Origin: Oopsacas minuta
Taxonomy: Eukaryota; Animalia; Porifera
DNA: 64,000 nucleotides
Assembly (NCBI GenBank): GCA_024704765.1
Contig: JAKMXF010000066.1
Span: 1,051,883 to 1,115,882 of the forward strand
Reading direction: 5' to 3'
Part shown: positions 52,608 to 64,000 of the stretch, one piece after another
Numbering within the stretch: the first letter of the stretch is position 1
How the letters are laid out: each line of letters opens with the position of its first letter
The notes under the pieces: generated by a model
The model's input: the letters and a program-made list of their open reading frames with translations, nothing else
Told to the model about the DNA's origin: nothing
Databases searched by the model: none
Program-made: the position numbers and the translations under genes

Positions 52608-53840
52608 GTGTATATTAGCGACATTAGCGATACACATTCCAATTTTGTAATTATTCCAATATATGTATTGCTAGATTACGAGGTATTCGTGCTATTTAAT
52701 TTAAATATCAAGTTTTTTACTTCACTATACATAGGAAGTAGTGTGACGTAGTATGCCCTCTGTCCTGCCATGAATGTATTTAGTACGTACTACATATGTA
52801 TCTCTACAGATCATTATCTAGGCATTCAATTCCGAAATCTATAAGGTATAATTGAGTTGATTGGTGAATGCATTATTTCTGATTCACAATAATTATGATA
52901 GTAATAAACCCTAGAATAACAGATTCAAGTTCATTTATTTGATATAAGAATGTATTTAAAAAACCTGAGTGAGTATTACCTTTTCAATCTTCTCTTAATA
53001 AAAAGCATATGCTTATATATATATATATATTAATTATGCTAAGGCCTAAACCTAATGATTGTCTGATAATATTCTTGAGCTCACTATTCCCTTAAATGGT
53101 AAAAATCACAGTTATTTTCTACAAAATGATCACAGGAATGTTACGACAATTACCTTGTGAATTTGATATTAGTTTTCTGAATTGTATTTACTCCCTAAAG
53201 GGTAACTAATTAGCAAAAACAATACTTCCTTTGCCCTGCAGGATATTAGTATAAGTTCAGTGTATAGTACACATCAAGTTCAATTTGCTGATGGAATATT
53301 GTACTTATAAGGTATAATGGAGGAATGATCTATGCAATATTTGATGGTGTCCCCCATTGAATTATTGGAATGATACATATTGAAAGTGACAAGGCTAACC
53401 TAGTTAATTCGGGATGTAATCAGGAATTGATATTTCTTATTTGTTATGGTTAAAGATAAACTTGCCTTGCTGGATTTCTCCTTAATATTGTACAGCTAAA
53501 CAAGAATTAATTGATTGTGTAGTTTATTGATCATTTCTTAACCAATTGTCAGACAATATAAATAATAATACCATTGTTTTGACAAAAATGGTCCCCCCTA
53601 CTTTTCTATGTAATTGTTAGTTTAGAGAAGAAGGATATGTCTATTACATTACCAAGAAGTTGGAGCATATTTCCTAAATTTGCCAAAATGCAAACTTCTG
53701 ATGGAATTATGTGATTTTATTGTGTATCTTATTAGCTGTGTATGTTAGTATTTCTTCTCTCATTTCTTGTGTTTTAAGCTTTAGTTTCATTATTTACTCT
53801 TTCTTTATTAAATACTCTGTTTATCATAAACAAATATGTA

Positions 53841-54143
53841 CAGTCAACTCTCGTTATTTCAGAGCTCAAGTGACTGCGATAATTACTTTGATATAAGCGG
53901 AGTTCGATATTACCGATGAGATATGTTACTTTGACGTGTTGAGGCCATGTTTATTCAGTCAACTCCTGTCATATCAAACACGTATGTATTATAATATTCG
54001 CTTATATCTAAGTCCGAAATTGTGTAATTATCGTCCCAAACCGTCAAATTTACATATTTTTCATCGGTTATATCGAATTATTGCTGTCCCTTGAGTTTCG
54101 ATACAGCGGTGCTTCGATTATTCGATATAGCGGGAGTAGACTG
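53841..54143. mobile_element. Compound family A MITE (truncated copy abutting a second copy that starts at 53956), just upstream of WDR11
   Basis: Two left TIRs (CAGTCAACTC at 53841 and 53956) in opposite internal orientations, one right TIR TTCGATATAGCGGGAGTAGACTG. Confidence 0.75.
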
Positions 54144-54173
54144 TTTATTTATTAACATTAGTTATATGCAGTA

Positions 54174-57100
54174 ATGAGCTTCAATCATATACAGACACGC
54201 TATATTCATGGAGCTTTAACAAATGCCAACCAGTTTGCAAGTGATTTGAGTTGGTTAGGGCTGTTAGCTTTTGGCAGTCGCAACCTTATCGTGGTAGTAC
54301 ACGCTAACACAGGGCAACTTATACAAACATTAAGTTCGCATCATGCTCCAGTAATACTTGTAAAATGGTGGCATGAAGTACAACCTTACTCTGCTAATGT
54401 ACCTTACTCTCTCAAGCTTGCTTCTGCAGACTCAACAGGCATGATATATGTATGGGATGTTAAAGATGCGCAGGTAATATGCAAGCATATATATATATTT
54501 GCATTAATGCCTTATTTGACCAATTCTCCAATAGGCTCTCACTTATTTTCAAGTATCTTCTAACCCCAAGCAGCCATTGGTTCATATTGAATGGATGAAT
54601 CAGCATGAAGGCTGTCGGGACTCATTAGCAGTGCTGACGTCATCTGGCATCCTTGCTGTATGGAATTCAGGTACAGGCAGTTGTATATGGAGGAGGAATG
54701 TAATAGATTCTGCTGTTTCATTGGAAATTGATCCATTTGATTACACACGAATGTTGGTATGTACTTTCTGAAGAAAATTATATAATTTTAATACAGTCAA
54801 CTCCTGGCCTTAATTGTACGAATATGGTTCCAAACCGTCAAAGTAACATGCCTACATTTTATCGCTTACATAAAAGTAATTATCGCGGTTCCTTAAGCTT
54901 CGATATTACGGGAGTTGACTGTATACATATGCTACTTTGACGGTTTCTGACCATATTATACAATATCAGACTTCGATATATCCGTGTTTGGTATGACAGA
55001 AGTTGCCTGTACCTAATTTATAATATAATCGCTCGATAGATTCTAGGTAATGACCATCTGTTGTTAATAAACGACTCTACTCCATACAAACAGCCTCAAT
55101 CCCTGAAGCAACTATATCTGAGATTCCTACAACAATCTTACCCATCTCACAACAAACAGAGTATTGACATTCATATTTCCACTGAGAAACCTCCAAAGAA
55201 TGAGATTAACACTCCACACCAGAATTTGCTTGCTGTACACTTTTCAAAATTCCATCGTAATGTAATACTGCTACTCTATAGATTTAGTATTGTATTTCTA
55301 CATCTCACTGGGAGGCAAGCACTGTCACAGATTACATTGGATAAAGGTACTTCTCCATTCTTGAAGGTGAGATTTGTTGTATTTTCTACAATATTTTGAG
55401 CTTATTAATCGTTCAATTTGCTAGATTGTAACATGCAGACAGAGAGATGCAGTTTACGGACTGCATGAAAATAGTTCACTTTCATTTCGCCTCCAGCAAT
55501 CATACAAGAATTCTCGTTTCAATTCAGAAACAGACAATACTGTTGAGAACCATTCGAATGAGTTATTAGTTGCAAGTCCTAATATCAGAACAAATAGATC
55601 ATTATCTACACATTCTATTGATGAACGTAGTACAAATAATTCTGTATACTCCTTATCTTCAGAATTCTACTACGAGTTGAAATGCCAGGCTGACGTCATG
55701 AGGGAAGTTACACGAAATGCTAGACATGTAAGTTTGTAAGTAGCATACCAGTGTTGTCAGATCAAAGTTTATGCCGCAAACTTGAAAGTTCATGCTATAG
55801 TCTTGCCAAACGAAAGGTTCATGTCCAAAGTCATATTAAAGTCAAAACTTTGTTCACTATATGGCAACACTGCAATACGTATCGAAAATTTGCATTTTGT
55901 TGTGTTAGGTCCAGCTAAATTTATGCTTGTCAACTGAATCAAGAATGGTAATACTGTATCCAGAAGGGAAGATACAAGTGTGGGAGCTTACACCCAAGAG
56001 TTTAGGTATAGCTGGTAGCTCTACTCTAGCAATACATCAGTCTATAGGACCTAATCCAGCAGATATAACACAAGCACCTAAGATTACACAAGTGAATTCA
56101 CTCAGTAGTTATATAGCTAGCGAAGCAGAGCTCCTTACTAATGATATGTATCGTGACAGATGTCATATTGTTACATTCAGATTCTCTATTGGTAAGCAGT
56201 TACAAATACAGAAACATTCCACTGTATTTTAAATTTGCAGAATGCAAATGTTATGTTTTGTCTATTTACATCTCTATTCTATATGATGTAGTAAGCTACT
56301 ATGAGGGATTATTCCACAATCCAACCTGTATTCGTATGGGACCAGCCATGACCACAAAGAACAAATCAGTCTATAAACCTCTCCTAGCAGTAGGCAGCCA
56401 TCAGGGTCGTGTACAGATATTCAACTTATACTACCATACACCTATACGTACATTCTCAGTAATAAATTGTCCAGTGATTGGAATACAATGGACTAGCATG
56501 TATAGTATGTTAGTATACGGACATACAGAGCCTGCATTAACTGGTCAAGTAAGGTAATTCTCCTATGTATTGATTTGTATTGTATACATTATCCTCAGGT
56601 TTAGAACCGCTCTTATATGCAATATTTTGTTAGAAACGAGATCAGCTATCTTGACCTCAATTCTGGAGAGTCTGTTACATTACGTAAGGGCCATCTCTCT
56701 GAACCTGACTGTCCAATAGAAAGCATAAAGGTATCCAGCTTAAAACAGTATTTCTTAGTTGTATTCAGAGATAAACCGCTAGAATATTGGGATCTATTCA
56801 CACTCACCCCTATACGAATTCTATCAGCACCAAATCCTATTACTACAGCTGTAGAATGGGCTCCTGCTAATATTTCTAGTAAAATGCGAGCTCAGCACAC
56901 ACAGAAGAAACCTGGACAAGGTGAAACGTATTTCCAAGAAGTGTATTTGATGTCTGATATTGATGGAATACTCTATCAGGTTATTTTACTGCCAATAAAA
57001 TCTAAATACAACCTGTGCCGACAGCGTAAAATATTTTGAAAAATGCCACTATAAATTGGAGGCACTATACATTTTAAATTTAACCCCAACACACATAGTG

Positions 57101-60044
57101 TCTCAAATTAATAGTGCCACTTCGCTTAAAATGTTATGCTGTCGACACAGATTGTAATTTTAGATTTTGACATGCTCTATCAATAGATTGTTGCTGAAGG
57201 CACTACTCTACGAGAAGCGAGTAGATTTAGTCCTGAGACAGCTATGGGTGTAGTAACCAGTATATCTTGGAAAGGAGATTTGATTGTGATTGGTGATAGT
57301 GATGGGAACCTTTCTCTCTGGGATACAAAGACTAAAAAATATAAGGTAGAACGTTTTGGGGGCCAAAATTCAATATTTTTGAATTTGGGGTCTTTGAGTT
57401 ACTTCACATAATTTAAAGGGTGATGCAAATATACAGTGAAACCTCCACATCGGGGCTTGTGGAAACGGAGTGACAAAATAAAGCGATTTCCTAATCTCGT
57501 GCAACCGGGTAGCCCCGTATGTTGAGGTTACACTGTATATTCATACATTGACTGTTCGTTAGATGTTGCAAACAGCTCGTGGCGGAATCAAACAATTACG
57601 TATTGGACCTGGGAAGGGTAATTTCAAACTATTCATTCTCTCTCACAACTGGGTTGAAGTTAAAGACATAGCAAATAACTCTGAGCTGTGCGGACAGTTA
57701 AAACAGTCATTCGATGCATGTGAATGGGTTAATCCTGATAAATTGTGTATGTTGAATGTGAGTGAAGGCTGGATTCGTATTTCAAATTTAGCATTTCTAC
57801 AGGAAAATGATCCATCAAAGAAGGACCAATTGACCACGCCGATTTTCTGTCCACACTTAATGCGCCAGGCAAAACCAGCTTTCCTACTTAGAACATTATT
57901 ACAACATCATCCATGGTTAGAACGCTATGATGCAACATCGTTTGAAGATGTTGGTATCACTAGTTTATCTGTGAAACGTGAAGTTCTTGCTTCCCTGTTG
58001 TTAATCCCTGATTTGTATATTTCTATGCTGAACAATGCCAAATTAGGTGTAGCTGAGCGTTGTTGTATAAGTTCTATTTTGTATGGAGATTCTAATGAGC
58101 ATTCTTTCTGGTTACTAGCACTGCATTATTTGAGGGAATTCTCCAAACAGAAGAAAAGTAGTTTCAATGGAGATGGTTTGTTAATAATCCATTATTTCTT
58201 ACAGTAATACCAACCACTTTTACAAATTTTCGGCATTTTTTCAATATTTTGCCGGTATTTCACGTTGTTTCCCCCTTTGTACACCAAAAAATCCAGAAAT
58301 TTAGTAGAACAATTGAACATTTTCCGGAATTTCAAAATATCCCTTAAATAGGAAGTGAAATTCTCGGAGAGTTGGCAATTATTAAATTTTACCCTCTTCC
58401 ATCCTCATTTTCAAAAGATCTATTTTACTCTTCTTCACATCTTTAAGATCAAACAGATTCAGAACTTGGCTTAAAACCTATCAAACCTAGACAACTAGGA
58501 TCTGACTTATTCGTACCAGAAAGAAATGCATTAGAAAGAATTACATCTTCCAGGGAATGCCTTTTCAATCCAGACAACAAGTCTGATACAACCGAAACGA
58601 ACTACAACACAGTCTTCCTTGGTAATACACAATCAATTAAAATTAATCGCCAAATCTATATAATGATCACATTAGTATACACAATACACTAAATATTCAA
58701 TAATAGATGCGAAAACTAATAACAAAGTCAACGCAACCAGAATTAACATTTACCTCTGAAAAAAAATATATTAATTAGACAATATACTTGAAATACGTTA
58801 AGCTGCAGTAATAATTAGAAATCTAAGTTAATATTGCCAAATATAGTGAATTTATGGAAAACTGTAATATCTTTAGATTTACCAAAACTTGAGCTTTCGC
58901 ATGATCTACTTTGCGATCGTTCTAGCTATCAGCTGTTAGCCTTAAAATGGCAAGATATCCTAGAAGCTAACAGACGTACACCGTTACAGACACGAGAATG
59001 CGCAGGTCAGCTGATTCAGATAAATGAAGCTGATAGAGCAGTGCAATTACTATTAGAAACAGATTCTAATGATCCTAATTATCATGTGGATAGTCTTAGA
59101 GCTTGTTTGGTCGCGACTATTCGTTCTAGTGGAGCTTCTCAGAGTACTATAAAACTTGTAGCGACTAGTTTGATAGCTAACGGGCATTTGGAAAAAGGTG
59201 TTGAATTGTTATGTCTAATTGATAAAGGGCTAGATGCTTGCAGGTGAATATGAATTCAATAAAAATGAGATATTTCCAAAGTCAGATTGACTATACAACT
59301 TTTAAAGGATCTTCCCCCTCGAATATTATACAATATAACATCCACAAACGGGTACCAGGAACGCCTAATAATGCTACCCAGTTTCTGCCAAATTCCCCAG
59401 GTTCCTTTTCATGGAATTCGATCATATATTTTTCGCTCCGTTCTAGAAGTTCCTAGTTTATATAGAGCCCCTTTGTGGAAGTTACTGTATACAAATTTAT
59501 CTAATGTAAAATATAAACTTTCCCCAACTTAAAATACTCGTTACATCATATAACCAATACAAATCCTATTAGATACCTTCAGACATACAGAAAATGGTAT
59601 GAAGCAGCACATCTAGCTAAATCAATACTAAATGCTAATGAGTGTCATGAAGTATTCATGCGGTGGGGTGATCACCTCACAAGCCCTATGGCTAACAGGC
59701 AACAAGGCATTCTAGTGTATTTATCTATATTTGAGTTCCAGCGTGTGTTAGAAATGCTCTATGCAATGCGGTACTTTGAGAGAGCAGCTCTGTTGGTGGA
59801 AGCTTGTTTAGAGTTTAATGTATTGGATTTGGCTATACCAGAAGTACAGTCTATTTGTGAAGCTATTTTCCTGGAATATGCTAGGGTCTTGTTCAGCTTA
59901 GAATATATTATAGCTGCGGAATATTACTCCAACAAATCTGGAGAAAACGGTAGAAAATTACTGAGTGAGTTCCGATCAAAACAAGAAGAATTAGATGATA
60001 CAATTGTGGATACTAATACGGATGAGTCTAAATTCCAGATATAA
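54174..60044 (+). CDS. WDR11: WD repeat-containing protein 11, multi-exon
   Basis: GALTNANQFASDLSWLGLLAFG, LKLASADSTGMIYVWDV, GPAMTTKN, LLAVGS.QGRVQIF, YFLVVFRDKPLE.W, GDSNEHSFWLLA, ADRAVQLLLET, LRACLVATI, LVATSLIANG, LIDKGLDACRYLQ. Confidence 0.93.
54794..55009. mobile_element. Family A MITE (54794-54921) plus adjacent half copy (about 54931-55009), in WDR11 intron
   Basis: TA-CAGTCAACTCC ... TTCGATATTACGGGAGTTGACTG-TA, then inverted core ending AGAAGTTGCCTG-TA. Confidence 0.8.
57043..57161. repeat. Dispersed repeat family F, in WDR11 intron
   Basis: CAAATTAATAGTG...AAAATG.TA.GCTGTC..CACAGATTGTAATTTT recurs at about 60190-60251. TATAGTGCCTCCAA (reverse complement) recurs at about 49741. 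Confidence 0.5.
57434..57535. mobile_element. MITE, family B, in WDR11 intron
   Basis: TA-CAGTGAAACCTCCACATCGGGG ... CCCCGTATGTTGAGGTTACACTG-TA. Confidence 0.8.
58202..58383. repeat. Dispersed repeat family E, in WDR11 intron
   Basis: CAGTAATACCAAC ... GAGAGTTGGCAATTAT imperfect inverted ends, AAAATCCAGAAAT core. Confidence 0.5.
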
Positions 60045-60274
60045 TTTATAATATGTATATTACTTGGGTATAATCATATTTATTTGGTAATTGTTGTCAA
60101 AATCATAGTGCTATAATTGAATATACTAATTTCCTCGCTCTACTCTGTAAATCCCTTAAAATGGCAATATTCATTTGAAGCACTTAATGCCTCAAATTAA
60201 TAGTGTAAATTTAATGAAAATGCTAAGCTGTCCTCACAGATTGTAATTTTGATATTAACCGAATTAGCGTTATA

Positions 60275-63200
60275 ATGAATGTACAGAAGAGATTCATTGC
60301 ATATGCAGTTATCTTGGGGAGTATTCTTGCCCTCATGATCGTGAGTTACATTTTGTAAGAGTATATAGCTCAAAAATATGATTTATATTATTCTTGAACT
60401 TTATAGCTCATTTCGCTGATTCTTACCATCTTGACTGCACTATTAGGAGGCTACGCAGTATACTGGAATGGACCTGATGGTGATATATTTTCCGCGGTAA
60501 GTTATGTATTAATTCAACTGTTAAATATGTTTATTATATTTTTCTTCAGTCAACTTTGGTCTATTTTCATGCTATGTTTGGATTTGCAGCCATAGGAGCT
60601 TATCTCATTATTGTGGGTAAGTCAACATGATTATTTTGTACTTTCCTCGCTTTCCTTGCCTTTTTTCGGCATACGTATATTGCCTGAAGTATTCTAGTTG
60701 GGGAATGGTACTCAATATTTATTATGTGAGGCTCAACATATCGTATTTGCTTTTATACTTATCCGTGGTTATTAAACTATTGTAAAACTACTAGCATAGT
60801 TGAATTAATGTTGGCTGAACCTAAGTCTAAGCGTCTGAAGTGGAGTCCAGATCCTCAGAACATTGCTTGGGCGAACGATAAGACGAAATTCGGCCTGAAG
60901 ATGATGAAGGAGATGGGTTGGCAAGAAGGAGAAGGTCTTGGCATGAACGGCCAAGGCTCAAACAAACACATAGAAATACGGCCTGTAGTTGATAATAGAG
61001 GCCTTGGCTGTGGGCCGAACTCCGAATCGCAACATCAACCAGAATTCGAGGAAATACTGCGCTCCCTCAACGAACAATATTCAACCAATAACAAAACTAC
61101 AAACAATGACAAAATACGTTTTCCAATTGAACACGGCGCAGCAAAGTCTCGACCTTTACGCTACAGAAAGTTTATACAAGCAAAAGACTTGTCTAGTAAA
61201 ACCAGCGATGAATTATCTTGTATTTTCGTTACAAATCAGTCACGTAGTGAAAGCGAAGGAAGTTTAAATGAAACCTCAAAATTAGCAGAGGTCAGACATT
61301 TGAATAGAATACTTGAACAGAATGTAGGAAGTGAACGAATTGCTGTGGATATAACAACAAAGGAAAGGTTTGAAACAATTTCTAAAGATGATTCTAGAAA
61401 TTCTATAACAGACAAAGGACAGTTAAATCGTGATTTCCTTCGTCCAAAGAAACAGTCAAAGCGTATTAGGAAGAAGCATATAGACAGTTGACTAATTAGT
61501 AATAATTCTATCATTTGTTCAGACTATCCAATTTCTTCATACATTAGTGGAGGTGTATTTGTATTCAATTATAATTAGGAGGTTGTAATATATTCAATCA
61601 ATTCAATTAAACTCTTATATTATCTCTCCAGCTTTCTTTGGATATACAGCAATAGTGTTTAGATGGAGAGATGGATTCATTTGGGTGAGTTGATCATGCA
61701 ATTTTCACATAAATTAGATTATATAACGTGTTCTATTTGACCTGGCTAAACATTGTTGTTGTTGATGTTTGTTGGATTAATAACATATCCAATTTATATT
61801 TGCAGTTGGTTATTTCTATATGTATTATAATCCAATTAGTGTATTTTGATTTGCAACTAATCAGTAACTAAGATATATCCCATTAACAGAAATTTCTTTA
61901 GTTTTGGGTTCACAAGTACTCACTAGACTATTGGTTGAAATACTAATTGTTTGTTAATCAAACTAATGGGTTATAGAAGGATGTTTGTGTTGATCTAATT
62001 ACCCTCGAGCTAAAATTAATTGAACTCTCCAATGGTACAGTTCCCCCATGTGTTCCATCTCATTATCAGAATTTTAGTGTTAATGCTAAAATAATTGTTT
62101 GTTTCTGGAATTAGCAATACAAGTATAATTTGGTTTGTGCGAGGTTAAAGATCAACTACCTACTTATTAATCTGTTTATACAATATGTAATGGTTACAGT
62201 CAGTAAACAAATACGATAGCAAATGTCATATTTCCCCCACTACGCTGTATTCTTTCTTGACTCAAATTACCATCATTTTTTTGCGAATACTATGTGAATT
62301 ATCTTATTAGTAAAGCCTGGATTATCTCGGGAATTCAAGTGTCATCCATGAGAAAGTATTTTTGCTATATTTCTGGGTATTTTATGGTGGAAAAGAGGAA
62401 TAATGTGAAATTCCGAGAAAATTGTAATAGGGGTTGTCACGCATATTTTGCTCACCTCCGCCGCAAATTCGGGAGAATCTTTTTGCATTTATTACAGACC
62501 TTCCCTATATTTACAACTATCTCTTCTAATAATGATGTTTCAACCTAATTTACTGGTTAATACCTGTTTTCATTTGTATGATTCAATTCTGTTTTAGTAT
62601 TAATAATATCTACAAACCAAAATATACGATCTCCTGTTAACAAATTGTATTATTACATTACATAATCTCTAATTTCAATAATCACATGATGAGGTAATTA
62701 TGTATTAATCACATGAAATAGGTAATTTATCCCTTGGAATAAATGTTTTTATCAAAAATATAGATTTCAATTCCCTCGTGACTCGACAATAATACATTAC
62801 ATTTCTGATTACAAATATTTTAATCCAGGAATACCATATATCCTAGCAGGTGTTAAAATCTTTTTCTCAGATGCTTGAACTCAGTTTTGTGAATATTAGT
62901 TTGTAAATTACCTTAGAAATATCACTAATAACTTGAACTTGAACTTTGAATGATAATTACGGAAATACACTACTTTTTCTAACGATAATTCCAGTTATTT
63001 CAATAAATAGTACTTCCCTTTTATGAGAATAATTGATTGGTGGTTGTACTACATCTTCCCCTTCCCTAAATCCATCCCATGATGACTGATGAGGATAGTT
63101 CATCTTATTGGTAATGCTTCAACAAACAACTTTGCACATGTGTATTACGTGTTTAGAAGATTATTCAGCAATTTGCCAGCTATGCAGCATTTGAATATTC

Positions 63201-63325
63201 TACTCTGCTACTGGATATTTTATGTATTTAATATTACGTATTATTCTTAGTTAGTTTTCTTCTGCGTTATCATCATCGTTGGAGAAGTTGGGATGGCAGT
63301 TTACGTCTATCTTGAAAGAACCAAT
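60275..63325 (+). CDS. Tetraspanin-like multi-pass membrane protein, small exons absent from the ORF track; 3' end unresolved; intron 3 hosts PINX1
   Basis: Exons 60275-60340, 60407-60496, 60550-60616, 61632-61684 splice in phase to MNVQKRFIAYAVILGSILALMI/LISLILTILTALLGGYAVYWNGPDGDIFSA/STLVYFHAMFGFAAIGAYLIIV/AFFGYTAIVFRWRDGFIW. Probable TM3 exon 63251-63325 (LVFFCVIIIVGEVGMAVYVYLERTN); an alternative phase-0 candidate starts at 61806. All sites GT-AG. Confidence 0.65.
60808..61491 (+). CDS. PINX1: PIN2/TERF1-interacting telomerase inhibitor 1 (G-patch protein), intronless, nested on the same strand
   Basis: MLAEPKSKRLKWSPDPQNIAWANDKTKFGLKMMKEMGWQEGEGLG (G-patch) and YRKFIQAKDLSSKTSDELSCIF match PinX1/Pxr1. 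Confidence 0.9.
   Translation: MLAEPKSKRLKWSPDPQNIAWANDKTKFGLKMMKEMGWQEGEGLGMNGQGSNKHIEIRPVVDNRGLGCGPNSESQHQPEFEEILRSLNEQYSTNNKTTNNDKIRFPIEHGAAKSRPLRYRKFIQAKDLSSKTSDELSCIFVTNQSRSESEGSLNETSKLAEVRHLNRILEQNVGSERIAVDITTKERFETISKDDSRNSITDKGQLNRDFLRPKKQSKRIRKKHIDS
62316..62490. repeat. Dispersed repeat family E, inverted copy
   Basis: TTTGCTATATTTCTGGGTATTTT (62361-62383) is the near reverse complement of the core at about 31410. Confidence 0.5.
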
Positions 63326-63336
63326 GTAAGGCAATA

Positions 63337-63452
63337 CAGTGGAACCTCGTTAATACGAAGGTTATTTAATTGGCATTACTCCGGTGATACGAACTTGGGG
63401 TAAGCGGACAAATTTTGGCAGTCCGTTGGTGTTCGTATTTACGAGATTCCAC
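63337..63452. mobile_element. pogo/Tigger-like MITE, family D
   Basis: TA-CAGTGGAACCTCGTTAATACGAA ... TTCGTATTTACGAGATTCCAC. Confidence 0.7.
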
Positions 63453-64000
63453 ACAACAATTCTATGAACTTTACTATTATACAATTATTATGACATTGGA
63501 TTATTTCGTTAATTTTCTTATCAAAATCTCTAACAATCATGAAATATGAGAGTAAACTATACGTTTGATTTTCGGTGATCCCGTAACTAACGAAGTATAT
63601 AGTTGTTCACGATCACGAATACTTAGTATGTCACGTAATGCACCATTTTCCTACTAATCATTGTTCTCCACCAAAACTCAAATTGATTTATTCATGGAAT
63701 ACTGAATTATTATTTCAACTATTTTTCACTCTTCAGAAAATTCTGAGATTCTATGATACATCACCGAATCTTGGTGGATAATTTGGGGCCTTATGGTCAA
63801 AATACAGGCTTTTTCAATTTTCTGATCATTGTGAATTTTCTAAATTTCGGACTACGTATTCATGGTTGATTATTTCATAACATTCTAAAATTCCATTTTG
63901 CCATACCCGCTGAATATTTCAACTTAGAACTTTACTCAACTATTTAATTAATTTCCATTCCATTGTGTTTCATCTAGTTAGTCGACTTGCTGCCTTATAT

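Noticed and set aside
53711-53896. 61-aa hydrophobic ORF
   Set aside because: An artefact of T-rich low-complexity sequence running into a MITE.
61806-62114. Additional tetraspanin exons or mutually exclusive TM3 exons
   Set aside because: The joins need a 38-nt intron or end in stops, and cannot be resolved without RNA data.
62956-63102. Minus-strand ORF MNYPHQSSWDGFREGEDVVQPPINYSHKRE...
   Set aside because: About 48 codons. I could not build a consistent splice chain or recognise a family, so it is left unsupported.

Overview
Eukaryotic (animal) genomic DNA: AT-rich, very gene-dense, short introns. The compactness and gene set suggest a non-bilaterian such as a hexactinellid glass sponge; this is inference and was not tested. 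I can support 24 protein-coding genes, 23 of them on the + strand: CPY-type serine carboxypeptidase, TMEM167/kish, TM7SF2-like sterol reductase, two SERHL-like hydrolases flanking NDUFB3, a two-RRM hnRNP/Musashi-like protein, RALGAPB, PKNOX-like TALE homeobox, beta-TrCP, mitochondrial AspRS, UBE2J2, CAND1, DHODH, TRMT112, UQCR10, NOC2L, DNA2, TYW5, U2SURP, WDR11, a tetraspanin-like gene and PINX1. One orphan ORF lies on the - strand. The most striking feature is the architecture. (i) Two intronless housekeeping genes are nested on the SAME strand inside introns of other genes (DARS2 in beta-TrCP; PINX1 in the tetraspanin-like gene). (ii) Co-oriented genes run with only 120-300 nt between stop and next ATG. 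(iii) Unpaired splice-acceptor-like AGs sit just before many start codons. Together these point to operon-like polycistronic transcription resolved by spliced-leader trans-splicing (inference). Introns and short gaps from about 25 kb onward carry many small TA-flanked Tc1/mariner-pogo-type MITEs of several families, and there is one GC-rich foldback element. No rRNA, tRNA or CRISPR array was found. Exon coordinates were read by eye.
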